A DNA stretch of 10,855 bases from a virus (IMGVR_UViG_2537561727_000012); one strand, 5' to 3'. Shown: positions 1-7,635, numbered from the stretch's first letter. Notes: generated from the sequence alone by a model not told the origin. Translations and numbers: made by a program.

Positions 1-483
1 ATGACGAAGAAAAAAGCACATAAACCTGGTTCAGCGACCATCGCGCTTAACAAGCGCGCCCGTCACGAATACTTTATCGAAGAAGAGTTCGAAGCGGGAC
101 TTGCCCTGCAAGGCTGGGAAGTTAAATCCCTGCGCGCAGGAAAAGCCAATATCAGCGACAGCTACGTCCTTCTGCGTGACGGAGAGGCATTTCTGTTTGG
201 CGCTAACATCACGCCAATGGCCGTGGCCTCCACGCATGTGGTGTGCGATCCTACCCGTACCCGCAAGTTACTTCTCAACCAGCGCGAACTGGACTCATTG
301 TACGGTCGCGTCAATCGAGAAGGCTATACCGTAGTGGCGCTCTCCCTGTACTGGAAAAATGCCTGGTGCAAAGTGAAAATCGGCGTCGCCAAAGGTAAGA
401 AACAGCACGATAAACGTTCAGATATCAAAGAGCGCGAATGGCAGGTGGATAAAGCACGTATCATGAAAAACGCCCACCGTTAA
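1..483 (+). CDS. smpB: SsrA-binding protein SmpB (trans-translation cofactor)
   Basis: 160-aa ORF whose translation ([30 protein letters not shown]...) I recognise as enterobacterial SmpB; it lies directly upstream of the tmRNA gene, the conserved smpB-ssrA arrangement. Confidence 0.95.
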
Positions 484-677
484 ACCTGCACTCCAATTAT
501 TGACCAGTTCCTCACCGCGCCTCCCTCTCCGGCGGCGCGAATGAACATCTTATTGGCTATCACATCCGACACAAATGTTGCCATCCCATTGCTTAATCGA
601 ATAAAAATCAGGCTACATGGGTGCTAAATCTTTAACGATAACGCCATTGAGGCTGGTCATGGCGCTCATAAATCTGG

Positions 678-683
678 TATACT
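678..683 (+). promoter_or_regulatory. Candidate -10 hexamer (TATACT) of the ssrA promoter
   Basis: TATACT lies about 15 nt upstream of the mature tmRNA 5' end at 698, consistent with a short processed leader. No convincing -35 was found by eye. Confidence 0.3.
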
Positions 684-697
684 TACCTTTACACATT

Positions 698-1060
698 GGG
701 GCTGATTCTGGATTCGACGGGATTTGCGAAACCCAAGGTGCATGCCGAGGGGCGGTTGGCCTCGTAAAAAGCCGCAAAAAATAGTCGCAAACGACGAAAA
801 CTACGCTTTAGCAGCTTAATAACCTGCTTAGAGCCCTCTCTCCCTAGCCTCCGCTCTTAGGACGGGGATCAAGAGAGGTCAAACCCAAAAGAGATCGCGT
901 GGAAGCCCTGCCTGGGGTTGAAGCGTTAAAACTTAATCAGGCTAGTTTGTTAGTGGCGTGTCCGTCCGCAGCTGGCAAGCGAATGTAAAGACTGACTAAG
1001 CATGTAGTACCGAGGATGTAGGAATTTCGGACGCGGGTTCAACTCCCGCCAGCTCCACCA
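698..1060 (+). ncRNA. ssrA: tmRNA (transfer-messenger RNA, 363 nt)
   Basis: Starts GGGGCTGATTCTGGATTCGACGG and ends GGGTTCAACTCCCGCCAGCTCCACCA (tRNA-like acceptor/T-arm with encoded CCA). An internal tag reading frame at 787..819 (gca aac gac gaa aac tac gct tta gca gct taa) encodes ANDENYALAA-stop, the enterobacterial degradation tag. Confidence 0.93.
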
Positions 1061-1070
1061 AATAAATCAA

Positions 1071-1100
1071 GGGGTTACGTGAAAGCGTAGCCCCTTTTTC
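1071..1100 (+). terminator. Intrinsic terminator downstream of ssrA
   Basis: GGGGTTACG (1071..1079), loop TGAAAG, CGTAGCCCC (1086..1094): a 9-bp stem with one G-U pair, followed by TTTTTCTTT. Confidence 0.55.
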
Positions 1101-1118
1101 TTTGGTAGTGGCGGCAAA

Positions 1119-1157
1119 ATGGCGACAGACTTTTGCGTCCATCTTGCCTGTCGCCAT
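1119..1157. repeat. Perfect 10-bp inverted repeat ATGGCGACAG-N19-CTGTCGCCAT upstream of the cargo gene
   Basis: Arms at 1119..1128 and 1148..1157 are exact reverse complements. It sits 27 nt upstream of the ATG at 1184 and just upstream of its Shine-Dalgarno sequence. Candidate operator or 5'-UTR stem-loop. Confidence 0.5.
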
Positions 1158-1183
1158 CTTGAAATCATGCAAAGAGGTTTCAC

Positions 1184-1666
1184 ATGGAAGAACTTCACTT
1201 TGTTTACATCAATGCAAATGGTCGTATCGGTGTTCACTCTATACAGAGCATCAGTTATAGCGAAAATCATATACAGGGCATTTGTAAGAACACCGATCGA
1301 ATAAAAACCTTCCGAAAAGACCGCATTCTTAAACAGTACGATTCACCAGAACAAGCCATTCAGGAATGCGCGTCATTCCTCCCCGAAAGCTACTCACATC
1401 TCACTAAGCAGTCTGGTCCGAAAAAAAATACATTCGATGTGTGTTTCACCGGATTTAAGAAAGCAGATAAAGAAAGATTGGTTGATAAGGCGAATGAACA
1501 AGGATTAACGGTAAGAACCTCTGTAACCCAAAGCCTTCAGATGCTCTGTTGCGGTTACAATGCAGGCCCATCAAAAGTATCTGCAGCCAGGATGAAAGGC
1601 ACAATCATCATAGATGAGCCTGGCTTTATACATTTTCTTGAAACGGGTGAGATCCCAGATGAATAA
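1184..1666 (+). CDS. Hypothetical cargo protein: N-terminal WYL-like domain fused to C-terminal BRCT-like domain
   Basis: 160-aa ORF with a good Shine-Dalgarno (AAAGAGG, 1171..1177) 6 nt before the ATG. Residues ~5-50 (FVYINANGRIGVHSIQSISYSENHIQGICKNTDRIKTFRKDRI) match the WYL-domain pattern ending in R-x-F-R-x-D-R-I. Residues ~84-155 (FDVCFTGFKKADKERLVDKANEQGLTVRTSVTQSLQMLCCGYNAGPSKVSAARMKGTIIIDEPGFIHFL) align by eye to the C-terminal BRCT domain of NAD-dependent DNA ligase LigA. The gene is visibly more AT-rich than its flanks. Domain calls are from memory, not a search. Confidence 0.6.
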   Translation: MEELHFVYINANGRIGVHSIQSISYSENHIQGICKNTDRIKTFRKDRILKQYDSPEQAIQECASFLPESYSHLTKQSGPKKNTFDVCFTGFKKADKERLVDKANEQGLTVRTSVTQSLQMLCCGYNAGPSKVSAARMKGTIIIDEPGFIHFLETGEIPDE

Positions 1667-1692
1667 AAACCTGCCGTAGCAGGTTCTCTTTC
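1667..1692. terminator. Bidirectional intrinsic terminator between the convergent cargo gene and ogr
   Basis: Perfect 7-bp stem AACCTGC (1668..1674), loop CGTA, GCAGGTT (1679..1685). It is followed on the plus strand by CTCTTTCTC and on the minus strand by TTTTATTC. Confidence 0.5.
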
Positions 1693-1911
1693 TCAGAAAT
1701 TCATATGCCCCTGACCACCTGGCAATGGATGTGGAGGAGCAGTAGCAATCAGTGCGGGTGTCACAATAAACCGGACCACTGTTTCATGGGTAACAAAAGT
1801 GCTCCCGCAGTTAATATTTTGGCACTGGCAGTAACGCTCTTTGGTGCTTTCAGTTACTTGAAAACTGCTCCTTGTGTGTGCCGCATGACCACACTTTGGA
1901 CAATTCATCAT
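1693..1911 (-). CDS. ogr: Ogr-family zinc-finger late-gene transcriptional activator
   Basis: The 72-aa product from the internal ATG (MMNCPKCGHAAHTRSSFQVTESTKERYCQCQNINCGSTFVTHE...PHPLPGGQ) has the Cys-x2-Cys...Cys-x4-Cys motif and the length of P2 Ogr / P4 Delta. The ORF-track start at 1956 is a GTG and adds 15 non-conserved residues; an AGGGA Shine-Dalgarno precedes the ATG at 1911. Confidence 0.85.
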   Translation of the reverse strand: MMNCPKCGHAAHTRSSFQVTESTKERYCQCQNINCGSTFVTHETVVRFIVTPALIATAPPHPLPGGQGHMNF

Positions 1912-1979
1912 ATCCAGATCCCTACCTTTGCTATCAGAATCATTGCAATGATACACAAAATATCAATATTGAGAACACA

Positions 1980-3080
1980 TTATTCCATTTCAAGATCACT
2001 TATCCTCACTTCGAGTTCAATGCTGGTTGTAAAACCGTTATCCGGGCTGACGGTATGTGTCAGGGTGGTAATGGTCCATTCCGCATCATCTATCGGCTGT
2101 TTAAAGCCACTGACTTTCACTGGCATTTCCGTGTAGAGATCTGCCCGCCCTTCTGCCAGTTGTAGCGAAAATGACGCAACACCGCGTTGCAGGCGTTCCC
2201 ACTGCATTTTCGCTGCCCGTTCGGCGTTACTCCGATTGGCATAGGTGCGATTAAGTACCAGCACGTTTTCATCCGTACCCACCAGGTAATCGCCCTGCTT
2301 CGCTTCCGGCTCTTTCTTCTGCTTCTTAGTCCTGCGCTTACGCTTCACCGTGGTGCTTTCTTTCTTCGCGGGTTCGCGGGTATGCAACCAGCTGGCAATT
2401 ACTCCCGTGTAGGCTCCGCGATCTGCCAGGGTAAAGCGGTGACTGTCGCCGTCCTTGCGTGTGATAGAGATCACCGGCAGTGGTTTACCAGTGGCGCTTT
2501 TGCCCTGCCCCTGCCGGATGAATAACAGATTGCCATTTTTCACCGACGCAATAGCACCGTACTGGCGCGCCAGCCGCATCAGAAAACTGCCGTCACTCTC
2601 ATTAGTCTGGTCTATATGTTCCACGGGCTTATCCGACAGGTCTTTACCCAGTGCCATCTTCAGCTTGTGACGCGCGGCTATTTCCTTCACCACTTCCCCG
2701 ACGGTGGTCTTATGCCACGATTTTTCACGGCGGGTATTCAGCGTTTCCCGAAAATCAGCACTTCGCGCCCGGATAGTCAGGCGGTCCGGTGCGCCAGTGT
2801 GTTCAATCTCGTCCACTGTGAATGCCCCTTTCGGGAAAAGCGGCTGCCCCTTCCAGCCCAGCGCCAGCGTAATGACCGCACCACGGCGCGGCAGCACGAT
2901 TTTTCCGTCAGCGTCATCCAACTCCAGATCAAGCTGGTCCGCTTCAAAGCCCCGGTTATCCGTCAGCGTCAAACTCATCAGGCGGTTATCCAGCACAGTG
3001 GTGATATCCCTGCCCTCAATACTGATGCTGAATGCGGGAGTTTTGTTGCCTTTGTTAAGCAGTTCTGAGCTGAAATTCAC
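1980..3080 (-). CDS. D: Phage late control / tail protein D (gpD family)
   Basis: 366-aa ORF in the P2 position between U and ogr. Its start overlaps the U stop by 4 nt (ATGA). It carries an unusual Lys/Arg-rich insert (see findings). Confidence 0.85.
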   Translation of the reverse strand: MNFSSELLNKGNKTPAFSISIEGRDITTVLDNRLMSLTLTDNRGFEADQLDLELDDADGKIVLPRRGAVITLALGWKGQPLFPKGAFTVDEIEHTGAPDRLTIRARSADFRETLNTRREKSWHKTTVGEVVKEIAARHKLKMALGKDLSDKPVEHIDQTNESDGSFLMRLARQYGAIASVKNGNLLFIRQGQGKSATGKPLPVISITRKDGDSHRFTLADRGAYTGVIASWLHTREPAKKESTTVKRKRRTKKQKKEPEAKQGDYLVGTDENVLVLNRTYANRSNAERAAKMQWERLQRGVASFSLQLAEGRADLYTEMPVKVSGFKQPIDDAEWTITTLTHTVSPDNGFTTSIELEVRISDLEME

Positions 3081-3562
3081 GACAGCAGCCCTCCCACCGT
3101 TTTACTGATATCGCTTAAGGCAGACGTTGCCGTGTCCTGCAGATTATTCAGTTGCGCACTGAGATCACCGAACATATCGGACAGGGATTCATCCACTCGT
3201 TTGAGCGACAGGGTGAACTCAATCCGGCGCGGCATACCGTCGCGGAAAAACTCCGTTTTAGTCTGATTAAGTCCCTCAATCACATACATGCCGTAAATCG
3301 TGCCGCTGCCTTCAATCAGGGGCCATGCTTTCCCCTGTTCTGCCATCTGCTCCAGTGCCAGCAACGACAGCCTGCCGCCTGTTATCTCCGGCATAAGAAC
3401 ACCGGAAAGCGTCAGCATGTCGTTTTCCGGTCCCAGAAACTGCGTGGACGGACGTCGGTTTACCCGACTGTTTGCCGCATGTCGCCAGCTGCGTTGATAC
3501 TGCAGTTCCTGATACGGAACGGTGCGCAGCATAAACACGTACAATCCCAGCACCATCATCAT
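3077..3562 (-). CDS. U: Phage tail protein U (gpU family)
   Basis: 161-aa ORF (MMMVLGLYVFMLRTVPYQELQYQRSWRH...) in the P2 position between T and D. The first ATG overlaps the T stop (ATGA); the true start may be the second or third Met. Confidence 0.85.
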   Translation of the reverse strand: MMMVLGLYVFMLRTVPYQELQYQRSWRHAANSRVNRRPSTQFLGPENDMLTLSGVLMPEITGGRLSLLALEQMAEQGKAWPLIEGSGTIYGMYVIEGLNQTKTEFFRDGMPRRIEFTLSLKRVDESLSDMFGDLSAQLNNLQDTATSALSDISKTVGGLLS

Positions 3563-6500
3563 GCGTCGTATCCCCCCTGATCGCTGTAGTTACTCCTGGC
3601 TTTTGCCTTCAGCCTGCGTTCACGTTCATCAAGCTGGCGTGCCACCTCCCGCGCAATATCCTGCGCACTTTGTCCTGGCTGCGTCTGGATGATGATCTGC
3701 GTCGGTGCCTCAATCCGGTAAACGGGCGGCACAGTGGCTGCGCGACTCACCATCGCTTCACCGCCTTTCGCGGGAAGCGCCACAGGATGCAACGGTGGAA
3801 GCTCTGCTGGCGCGGCAGCAACGCCCATCATTCCGGCAACAACGGCAGCTAGTGCAGCTGTATTTCTCCGGCTGGTCACATTTGCCGGGCCGTTAACAAT
3901 TTCCGGCCCGTTTTCACCGACGATGCCAAACTGCCCGCGCGGGATATAGCCGCCGCTGTCATACATCCCCGCAAAGCCATATCCCCATGACGGAAAACCA
4001 CCCGATGGCATCATCACTTTACCGTCTGCATTCACCGTCGCAGGTTGCTGACGCGTCACGCTTTCCGGCAGTTTCGCCTTTGCAGCCTCTTTACTGACAA
4101 TGCCGAGTTTCTCCAGCAACCAGGAAACGCCGGATTTCAGGGAGTCCAGCGGATGCATGACCATATTCAGCCCTTCCGCCAGTGCCTCCCCGAATCGTCG
4201 CCCCATTGCCGCTGCACTCTGCAGTTCGGCAGAGGTCGACTTAACGGGCGTCAGCAGATCAGTAAACCAGCCCCACAGCGCCTGTACTTTGTCGCCAATC
4301 CACTGAAACACAGGCTTAAGTGGTTCGAATGCAGCACTGATGGGACCTGCCGCCGCTTTGAATCCTTCCACCACGCCGCCGAGAAATGCGGTGATGGGTT
4401 GCCAGTATTTCCAGACAACCAGCGCCACGCCCGCCAGTGCAGTAACCACAAGACCTATCGGACTGAGCAGAGCACCTAACAGACCAGATATGGCATACAG
4501 GGCAACGCGCAGCATCGCCAGCGGACCAGATGCAAGCACACGAAGCACCGCGCCTGCGGCAGCCAGTCCACCGCGCAGTACCGCCAGAGGATTCATAAAC
4601 ATCACAGCAACAGCACGTAAAGCGGATAATCCAGACCGCAATAGTGCAACCGGCGCACCTGCTACAGTTTTCAGGACATTTCCCGTCAGTGATGCCGTAC
4701 GGCGCAAAGACGACAACGGCGCAGTAAGTAAACCCGCTGCGTTACCCGATGAAGCAAGCCCGCGTCGCAGCACTGCCAGTGGAGCGCCAGCCAGCCAGAA
4801 CAACGCGCTGCTGGTTCGTGTTACTGCTGCCGTAACGGAAGGTAACGTTTTGATGCCCAGCACAGAGAATCCCAGACGGATGACTGCCAGCGGCCCCAGC
4901 ACTGCAGCCAGCGCCACAGCCAAGGTGCCGAGGCCTACGGTAACCGCAGCCACAATAGCGGCTACTTTCATCAGTGTGCCCGTCAGTTCCGGGTTAGCTT
5001 CCACCCAGCGACGCAACGCTCCCGTAACGCTTTTCACCGTGTACAGAATATCCATCAGCGGCTGGCGCAGCGTTTCGCCCAGGCTGCTGAAGGTATTCTG
5101 CGCTCCGGTTTTAACCAGCAACCACTGAGCAGAAAGTGAGTCCTTGTTGATGTCGGATTCTTTCTGCATGGAACCGAGCGCATCATTGCCCGCTGTCAGT
5201 TTTAGCTGGCGCTGTAGTTCCGGCAGGTTGTTTGCCAGTTTCGCCGCGTCATCGCCAAACTCTTTACCAAACAACATGGTCATGGCAGACAGACGCTTGT
5301 CCTGCGGCAGTGCGTTCACCTTCTCCAGCACACGCTGGATAGTTCCCATCGCATCCTTCGTCATCTGCTTTTCAATCACTTCAGGATTGAGTTTCAGCAG
5401 ATTCATCCCTTCAAAGAAACTCTTGCTTTGCATGGTGGCAATGGACAATTCACGCACCATCGCGTTTGCTGCACTGGCAGCAACCTCCGGCGCAGCACCC
5501 AGAGTCAGGAAGGTGGACCCCAGCGCCGCCGCTTTACGATAATCCAGACGGTCAGCCACACCGCCCAGACGTTGCATCACATCGATGATGTCCGCCCCTT
5601 TCGACATGGCGTTATCATCCAGATAGTTCAGCGCATCACCGAGCTGTTCAATATTGCGGGTAGGTATTTTGTAGAGCTGGGCGATTTTCCCCAGACTTTC
5701 TGACAGTTCATCCGCTGGCAGCTCAAAGGCTGTTGCCGCCTTTGCCGCCGTACTGGCGAAGGCCAGCAGGTCACGTTTCTGGTCTTCCCAGCTGTCGTCA
5801 GGGTTTGCGACGTTCATACGCGCACCACCTTCAACCAGTGCAGCGAAGTCCACCGCACCGTTTTCCATCGGCAACTGTTCGCTGGCAGCCTTGATGGCAT
5901 CCTGCATTTCATAAAAACGTGCAGTACGGTTTCCATTATCGTCACGCAGACCATTGACCTGCTTTGCCACACCTTTCATGGCATCTTCTATGCTGGTATA
6001 GCTTTTTACTGCCGCCATCACTGGCGTCCCCATTGCCAACCCTGCAGCCGTGGTAGTGGCTCCGGCTCCTGCAATACGATCGCGCACCTCCAGCGAACGG
6101 GCATAACTGGCACGCGCCGCATTCATCCTGCGCTGAGCTTCCCCCAGTCGCTTCAGCCGCGCCTCCTGTTTCCACAGTTCCTGGTTATAACGTGATGTTT
6201 CACGGGCTAAACGGGCAGTTGCTCCCGCATCATCTTTCGCAGAAATTCCCGCCCGGTACAGTTCTGCACGCACAAGCGCCGTTTGCTTCTGCAAATATTT
6301 TTGTTGTTCTTCCAGGCGTTGGACTGCCAGCGTTTGCCGACCTAAAGCCACAAGGTGCCGTTGTGATGGTTGTTCCATCGCCTCCAGCTCAGAGCTAAGC
6401 AAATTAGCCTTCTGTCTGGCATAGTTCAGCCTGTCGCCTAACTTCTTGTTATCGGCCTGCAGCTTGCGAAATTTTTCCAGGCTGTTACCCACCTGATTGA

Positions 6501-6636
6501 GTTGCTTTAATGCGTCACGGGAGTTTCTGATTGCGCCAGCCAGCTCTTTCGAACTGGCCTGTGCAGCACGGAATGGGCGGGTGAGTTTGTCAACCGCATT
6601 AAGAATGACCTGCAGGCGCAGGTTGTTATCACTCAT
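3559..6636 (-). CDS. T: Tail tape measure protein (gpT family)
   Basis: 1025-aa ORF with N-terminal coiled-coil-like segments and a central Ala/Gly/Leu-rich hydrophobic repeat region, in the P2 position after E/E'. Start MSDNNLRLQ overlaps the E' stop. Confidence 0.9.
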   Translation of the reverse strand: MSDNNLRLQVILNAVDKLTRPFRAAQASSKELAGAIRNSRDALKQLNQVGNSLEKFRKLQADNKKLGDRLNYARQKANLLSSELEAMEQPSQRHLVALGRQTLAVQRLEEQQKYLQKQTALVRAELYRAGISAKDDAGATARLARETSRYNQELWKQEARLKRLGEAQRRMNAARASYARSLEVRDRIAGAGATTTAAGLAMGTPVMAAVKSYTSIEDAMKGVAKQVNGLRDDNGNRTARFYEMQDAIKAASEQLPMENGAVDFAALVEGGARMNVANPDDSWEDQKRDLLAFASTAAKAATAFELPADELSESLGKIAQLYKIPTRNIEQLGDALNYLDDNAMSKGADIIDVMQRLGGVADRLDYRKAAALGSTFLTLGAAPEVAASAANAMVRELSIATMQSKSFFEGMNLLKLNPEVIEKQMTKDAMGTIQRVLEKVNALPQDKRLSAMTMLFGKEFGDDAAKLANNLPELQRQLKLTAGNDALGSMQKESDINKDSLSAQWLLVKTGAQNTFSSLGETLRQPLMDILYTVKSVTGALRRWVEANPELTGTLMKVAAIVAAVTVGLGTLAVALAAVLGPLAVIRLGFSVLGIKTLPSVTAAVTRTSSALFWLAGAPLAVLRRGLASSGNAAGLLTAPLSSLRRTASLTGNVLKTVAGAPVALLRSGLSALRAVAVMFMNPLAVLRGGLAAAGAVLRVLASGPLAMLRVALYAISGLLGALLSPIGLVVTALAGVALVVWKYWQPITAFLGGVVEGFKAAAGPISAAFEPLKPVFQWIGDKVQALWGWFTDLLTPVKSTSAELQSAAAMGRRFGEALAEGLNMVMHPLDSLKSGVSWLLEKLGIVSKEAAKAKLPESVTRQQPATVNADGKVMMPSGGFPSWGYGFAGMYDSGGYIPRGQFGIVGENGPEIVNGPANVTSRRNTAALAAVVAGMMGVAAAPAELPPLHPVALPAKGGEAMVSRAATVPPVYRIEAPTQIIIQTQPGQSAQDIAREVARQLDERERRLKAKARSNYSDQGGYDA

Positions 6637-7065
6637 CGTTGGCCCCGCTTCTCTGAATCGCTTTATACCGCCATTCCAGCACTTCGGTCAGCGGCATAAC
6701 GTCAGTAACGGATGGCGGCCAGTGAAAAATGGTGGCGATATCTGCCACCAGATCGTCAACCGTCAGGCTGTCGGTAAACCGGCAAGCACCGACTTCTTCA
6801 ACAAAAAAGTGACAACCTCAACCGACATGGCAGTGAGATCTGCCGGGTCCATCTCTGCAATTTCCTGTGCAGTCAGTGCCGGGCTGGAGATGCGGGGGAT
6901 CACGGTCATCATCGCGTTCACATCCATATCCATAATCGCCTGCAGGCGTGTACCGCGCAGCGCACCGGACTGCGGTTTACGCAGCACAATTTCGGTGATT
7001 TCTGTTTTACCGCGCTTGATGGGGGTATCCAGTTGAATGGTCTTTTCAGTCTGCTTATCGCTCAT
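6629..7065 (-). CDS. E+E' frameshifted tail assembly chaperone (predicted -1 frameshift product)
   Basis: Shifting -1 at the heptamer extends E by about 57 residues (VEEVGACRFTDSLTVDDLVADIATIFHWPPSVTDVMPLTEVLEWRYKAIQRSGANDE). The extension's stop overlaps the T start codon, matching the P2 E/E'/T arrangement. Confidence 0.6.
6763..7065 (-). CDS. E: Tail assembly chaperone E (gpE family), zero-frame product
   Basis: 100-aa ORF immediately upstream of T. It contains the slippery heptamer T-TTT-TTG near its 3' end, as in the P2 E / E+E' pair. Confidence 0.8.
   Translation of the reverse strand: MSDKQTEKTIQLDTPIKRGKTEITEIVLRKPQSGALRGTRLQAIMDMDVNAMMTVIPRISSPALTAQEIAEMDPADLTAMSVEVVTFLLKKSVLAGLPTA
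6802..6808 (-). other. Programmed -1 ribosomal frameshift site (slippery heptamer TTTTTTG)
   Basis: Minus-strand sequence ACT TTT TTG in the E frame (plus-strand CAAAAAA, 6802..6808). The -1 frame stays open from here to a TGA at 6629..6631. Confidence 0.6.
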
Positions 7066-7119
7066 TTTGCTGTCCTGTAAATTGGGTTCTGGCGCGGTAT
7101 CCCGCGCCGTTCAGATATA

Positions 7120-7635
7120 TCAGAGGCCGAGGGCGTTGCGGTGCGCTTCCATCAGGTCCACACCGTCCACAATTTCCACCATGTTGATAAGGTCCACTTC
7201 ATAGAGCACCTCACCATTGATGGTCAGCTTCGCGTAGCTGTTGGTACTGGTCACTTTGGTGGTGTTGCTTTCGCCCGTCTTCCACTCGCCGGAATCCACT
7301 TCTTTGTGACGTCCACGCACCACAAGCTCCACGGCCTGCACTTCTCCGGTATCGTCACGCTGGATAGAGCCGGTAAAGCGCAACTGGATGCCATCCACAG
7401 TGGCTTTGCCCATCTGCTTAAACAGCAGCAGTTCAGTACCACCAATGGAAAATTCTGTGTCCAGAGCACTGTCATCAAGCCCCAGATCCACATCCACCGC
7501 CCCCGGCATTCCGCCGCCGCGATACTTCTCATATTTGCGGGTGAATTTCGGCAGCGTCAGCGACTCTACGATCCCCTGCCAGTTGTTCCCGTCGTTAAAC
7601 AGGTTCAGATGTTTTAATTTGCGTGGTAAAGCCAT
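7120..7635 (-). CDS. FII: Contractile tail tube protein (gpFII family)
   Basis: 171-aa ORF (MALPRKLKHLNLFNDGNNWQG...) immediately downstream of the sheath gene, in P2 order. Confidence 0.9.
   Translation of the reverse strand: MALPRKLKHLNLFNDGNNWQGIVESLTLPKFTRKYEKYRGGGMPGAVDVDLGLDDSALDTEFSIGGTELLLFKQMGKATVDGIQLRFTGSIQRDDTGEVQAVELVVRGRHKEVDSGEWKTGESNTTKVTSTNSYAKLTINGEVLYEVDLINMVEIVDGVDLMEAHRNALGL

Noticed and set aside
484-697. Possible extra small gene or regulatory RNA in the smpB-ssrA spacer
   Set aside because: No ORF with start signals; the region is adequately explained as the smpB 3' region and the ssrA promoter and leader.
1067-1304. Short ORFs 1067..1270 (-) and 1119..1304 (+) overlapping the ssrA terminator, the inverted repeat and the start of the cargo gene
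   Set aside because: No ribosome-binding sites. They run through structured non-coding elements and are out of frame with the well-initiated 1184..1666 ORF.
1705-2165. Plus-strand ORFs 1705..2136 and 1872..2165 overlapping ogr and the D 3' end
   Set aside because: They are antisense to ogr and D. The Cys-rich Ogr zinc-finger translation on the minus strand is the convincing reading.
2187-3108. Plus-strand ORFs 2187..2525, 2616..3068 and 2704..3108 opposite gpD
   Set aside because: They lie entirely within and antisense to the well-supported D gene, with no ribosome-binding sites and no recognisable protein features.
4340-5128. 262-aa plus-strand ORF (and neighbours 4045..4479, 5144..5542, 5428..5703, 3670..3949) inside the tape measure gene
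   Set aside because: All are antisense to the 1025-aa T ORF in GC-rich repetitive sequence. The translations are low-complexity Ala/Ser/Thr/Arg-rich with no start signals; they are typical shadow ORFs.
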